This document shows, piece by piece, positions 8,139 to 10,997 of a stretch of DNA of 10,997 nucleotides. This DNA is from Octopus sinensis (Eukaryota), in assembly GCF_006345805.1 (NCBI RefSeq), contig NW_021827188.1, forward strand, positions 1 to 10,997. Reading direction: 5' to 3'. The position numbers were made by a program, and so were the translations under genes. How positions within the stretch are numbered: position 1 is the stretch's first letter; every line of letters begins with the position of its first letter. A model generated the notes under the pieces. The model did no database searches and was not told the origin of the DNA. It saw only the letters and a list, made by a program, of their open reading frames with translations.

Positions 8139-8241
8139 TGTACAACTTTCGTTTCGACCCATTCTGTTATTGTCGCTTATGAATGGGACTCCGTCCAATA
8201 TGTGTTGCATCCATTTTGCAGTTTCGACCTCATCAGGTACA
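8139..8241 (-). ncRNA. Type I hammerhead-ribozyme-like motif with extended stem II
   Basis: Minus: TGTAC-CTGATGA-G...C-GAAAC-GAAA-GTT-GTACA. Intact core, 5-bp stem I (TGTAC/GTACA), stem III AC/GT with GAAA loop, GUU triplet. The long stem II region includes the hairpin CCCATTC/GAATGGG. Confidence 0.6.
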
Positions 8242-8244
8242 TCC

Positions 8245-8254
8245 ATATATATAT

Positions 8255-8301
<47 letters not shown>
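8245..8301. repeat. (TA)n microsatellite
   Basis: Directly visible. Confidence 0.95.
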
Positions 8302-8570
8302 TAGTAGAAATGTTACGAAAAAAATATAAAATACACGTGGAAATGTAAGGGTAAAATATGAAAAATCAACGAAAATGCACATTGCAAACAAAAAAAGGCT
8401 CTTTATGACAGGTAGTGACAAATATGTACATTTAGATTGACTGAGGTAATAATACGAGTCATAAAGGTCATTATTATGAGATGATTATAAGATGGTAATA
8501 AAGTAAGAGAACAAAACGAACCAGTGGTTTACGCGAAGGCTATTCATCGGTTTATATATATATATATATA

Positions 8571-8914
8571 AAATTATAATTTAGGGTATCTAAGAGATAC
8601 CACCACGCTTGAAGTAGCAGCCAAAATTTGCCTTTAAAATTTCGTCTGCCGATTCAGGGAAGTAATGGTAAAATATGACCCGACCTTCTCAATAATTAGA
8701 GACGCGGCTCGCTATTACACAACATCCCGGAAATGCCAGTTACGTTCAGAGGAATCACTGTCAATATTGTTGAGAAAAGAGTAGATTATAAATAGATTTG
8801 CTGAACGACTGCTCAGATGCATGCACACAACTAAGCACATGTAGTTTTAGAGTAAAATTTTTGGTTGCTATTTCAAGCGTGGTGGTATCTCTTAGATAGC
8901 CTAAATTATAATTT
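8571..8914. mobile_element. MITE-like non-autonomous DNA transposon with ~59-bp inverted repeats
   Basis: 8571-8629 is the reverse complement of 8855-8914 (3 mismatches, 1 indel), around a ~225-bp non-coding interior. The palindrome AAATTATAATTT lies at both ends. Confidence 0.85.
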
Positions 8915-9015
8915 AATAATAATTATTACAGTTGAAAGTGTTTATTCCCATAATTGCCACTTGATAAGTTCGATATTTTGATAACGATTTTATCCTTATA
9001 TATATATATATATAT

Positions 9016-9212
9016 ATCACCTTGATCAACTTGACCAACCAGTTCGTCAGGCGTCTATTTGACACCGCTGGTCACAGCACGCTGTCCACTCCTCTCTGGA
9101 TCGCGCCTTTCTCATCCACGTGATCCCAATAGTCCTCCTGAAATCGTAACTCCACCGTCGTGGAGGTCTTCTGGGTGGTCTTTTCCGCTCACGCGGGTAC
9201 CACTCGACAGCA

Positions 9213-9216
<4 letters not shown>
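9016..9216 (-). mobile_element. RTE-clade LINE 3' end fragment inside (TA)n
   Basis: Minus translation AVEWYPRERKRPPRRPPRRWSYDFRRTIGITWMRKARSREEW matches the RTE C-terminal W.PR..KR..GRP..RW...W...A..R..W pattern. Stop at 9049-9047, then a short 3' tail ending CAAGTTGAT-CAAGGTGAT. Confidence 0.88.
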
Positions 9217-9244
<28 letters not shown>

Positions 9245-9250
<6 letters not shown>

Positions 9251-9399
9251 GACAAATGGCACTAATAGGCACCAGCATTGCTAGAAATAAGAGTCAAAAC
9301 AACTCAGTAGCCACACCAGCACTACCTTGCCAGCCATTGAGTTGTTTTGACTCTCATTTCTATCAATACTGGTGTTAATTAATGGCCTTTGTCACTTTA
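9245..9399. mobile_element. Short fold-back / MITE-like element with 62-bp inverted arms and 31-nt spacer
   Basis: 9245-9306 vs the reverse complement of 9338-9399: 53/62 identical, no gaps. The outermost TA at each end could be a TSD. Confidence 0.8.
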
Positions 9400-9454
9400 A
9401 TGACGTATATATTTCTGGCCTTAGGTTATAAAATTATAAAATACCGAATTAACC

Positions 9455-9660
9455 ACCCATATCATATATACATATATATACATATATATACATATATATA
9501 CATATACATACATATATATATACATATATATACATATACATACATATATATATATATACATATACATATATATACATATCTATGTGTATATATATATATA
9601 TATATATTATATATACTCACACACATTATATATATATACATATATATATATATGGATACA
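9455..9660. repeat. (TA)n/(CATATA)n microsatellite
   Basis: Directly visible. Confidence 0.95.
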
Positions 9661-9760
9661 TAAATCTGTAAATCTGTAAATATATATTTGCTTCGTATTT
9701 AAACATATTGTGATGTTTAAGATGGCGGCTGTGTCTGATTGTTATGCGTACATATGTCAA

Positions 9761-9763
<3 letters not shown>

Positions 9764-9819
<56 letters not shown>

Positions 9820-10042
9820 TTGTATGTGTGTGTGCATGTGTAGGTAAATATGTATACGTATGTTTGTGTATGTGTGATTGTGTGTATGATTGTGTGTATA
9901 TGTATGTGTATATGCACGTATATTTGTCTATGTGTGTATGTGTGAATACCTGTATGTCTCTGTTTGTCTGTATGTATGTGTGTTTGTACATGTGTGTGTG
10001 AGTGTGTGTGTGTGTGTGTGAGTGTGTGTGTGTGTGTGTGTG
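9764..10042. repeat. (TA)n followed by degenerate (TG)n/(TATG)n microsatellite
   Basis: Directly visible. Confidence 0.95.
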
Positions 10043-10179
10043 TTAGTTCTCTTTGGCTTTCAGATGAACGATTACCATTTAATTATAAATGATGCAATCA
10101 TCAAACGTCTGACGTTTCTCTCATATTTTCTTTGTTTTGTTTGTTTGTTGGGGTTTTTGTTATCTTTTCCTGCAACGTA

Positions 10180-10997
10180 GCTGCTGCTGCTGTTGTTGTT
10201 GTTGTTGTTGTTATTCAGCATCAGCGTTGTCGTTGTGGGCGTGGTCGTGGTCATCCTCATCATCATTACCGTTGTCATCGTCGTTATTGTCTTTGTCATC
10301 GATATCACCATCATCATCATCATCGTCGTCGTCATCGTCTTCTTCGTCAGGTCGCCATCGACCTCCTCCTCTTACTCTTCCACCTCCTCTTACTCCTCCT
10401 CCTCCTCCTCCTCCCCCTCTTCATCCTCCTCGACTCCTCTCCTTCTTCTGATCCTCCTCCTCCCTCCCCATTCATTTCCTCCCCTTCATCTTCCTCCTCC
10501 TCATCTTCCTCCGCTTCATCTTCCTCCCCTTCATCCTCCTTCTCCTCTTCCCCTCCTCTTCCTCTCCTCCTTCTCGGCTCCTCCCCTCCTTCCTCATCCC
10601 AATCCTTTCCCCCACCTCATCCCCTCCTCCTCCAACTCGTCATCATCACCATGAAGAAAACCACCACCATTCCCTTGATTAATATCATTACCATCATCAT
10701 CGTCGTCGCGTCATCATGATCATGATCATGGTGATGATGATCATCATAGTCGTCGTTGCGGTCATCCTCATTGCAATCGTCATCGTTGAGATGGTCATCG
10801 TTGGAGTGGCCAGCGTTGCAGTCGTCAGCGTTGCGATCATTGTCATCTGCCGTCGTCTGTCATTAACGTTATCATGATGATCATCATTATCCTTATCATC
10901 ATCATCATCATCACTATCCTCACCATCATGATCATTACCACCATCACAATCCCCATCATCATCCTCGTCATCATCACCCCACCACCATACCCCTCCG
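10180..10997. repeat. Compound trinucleotide low-complexity tract: (GCT)n, (GTT)n, (CAT/CGT)n, (CCT)n, (CAT)n
   Basis: Directly visible; it accounts for the stop-free ORFs at 10132-10719. Confidence 0.9.

Noticed and set aside
8515-8553. Third hammerhead-like string on the minus strand (CCGATGA...GTAAAC-CACTGGTT)
   Set aside because: Both core halves deviate (U4C; GAAA disrupted), stem II is poor and stem I does not close. It could be a very decayed copy but cannot be supported.
9044-9050. CTGACGA on the minus strand at the RTE stop codon
   Set aside because: No downstream stem II or GAAA; coincidental.
10045-10180. Acceptor-like TTCTCTTTGGCTTTCAG followed by ATG
   Set aside because: No clear branch point, no good donor, and the short peptide has no recognisable features.
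10072-10719. ORFs of 87-195 aa with Ser/Pro/Leu/His/Cys runs
   Set aside because: Overlapping open frames on both strands are produced by trinucleotide repeats; there is no domain signal.

Overview
Eukaryotic, AT-rich, repeat-dominated non-coding DNA. No credible host protein-coding gene is visible; most long ORFs in the track are artefacts of (TA)n, (CA)n, (CAT)n and (CCT)n microsatellites. The window holds at least four tRNA-derived SINE families (labelled A-D here, about a dozen full or partial copies) and decayed fragments of three autonomous elements: a CR1/L2-type LINE 3' end, an RTE LINE 3' end and a mariner transposase. It also holds two short non-autonomous inverted-repeat elements (MITE-like). 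The SINE sequences and microsatellite density look like an octopus (coleoid cephalopod) genome; this is inference from recalled repeat families, not a database result. Most notable: (1) two type I hammerhead-ribozyme-like motifs (8139-8241 minus; 351-388 plus); (2) a LINE 3' end and SINE family A sharing a 3' tail motif and abutting each other; (3) a nested inverted arrangement of SINEs (A+ C- C+ A-) that could fold into a ~2.7 kb dsRNA; (4) a SINE tandemly triplicated with an exact 158-bp period. Coordinates were read by eye and element ends may be off by a few bases.
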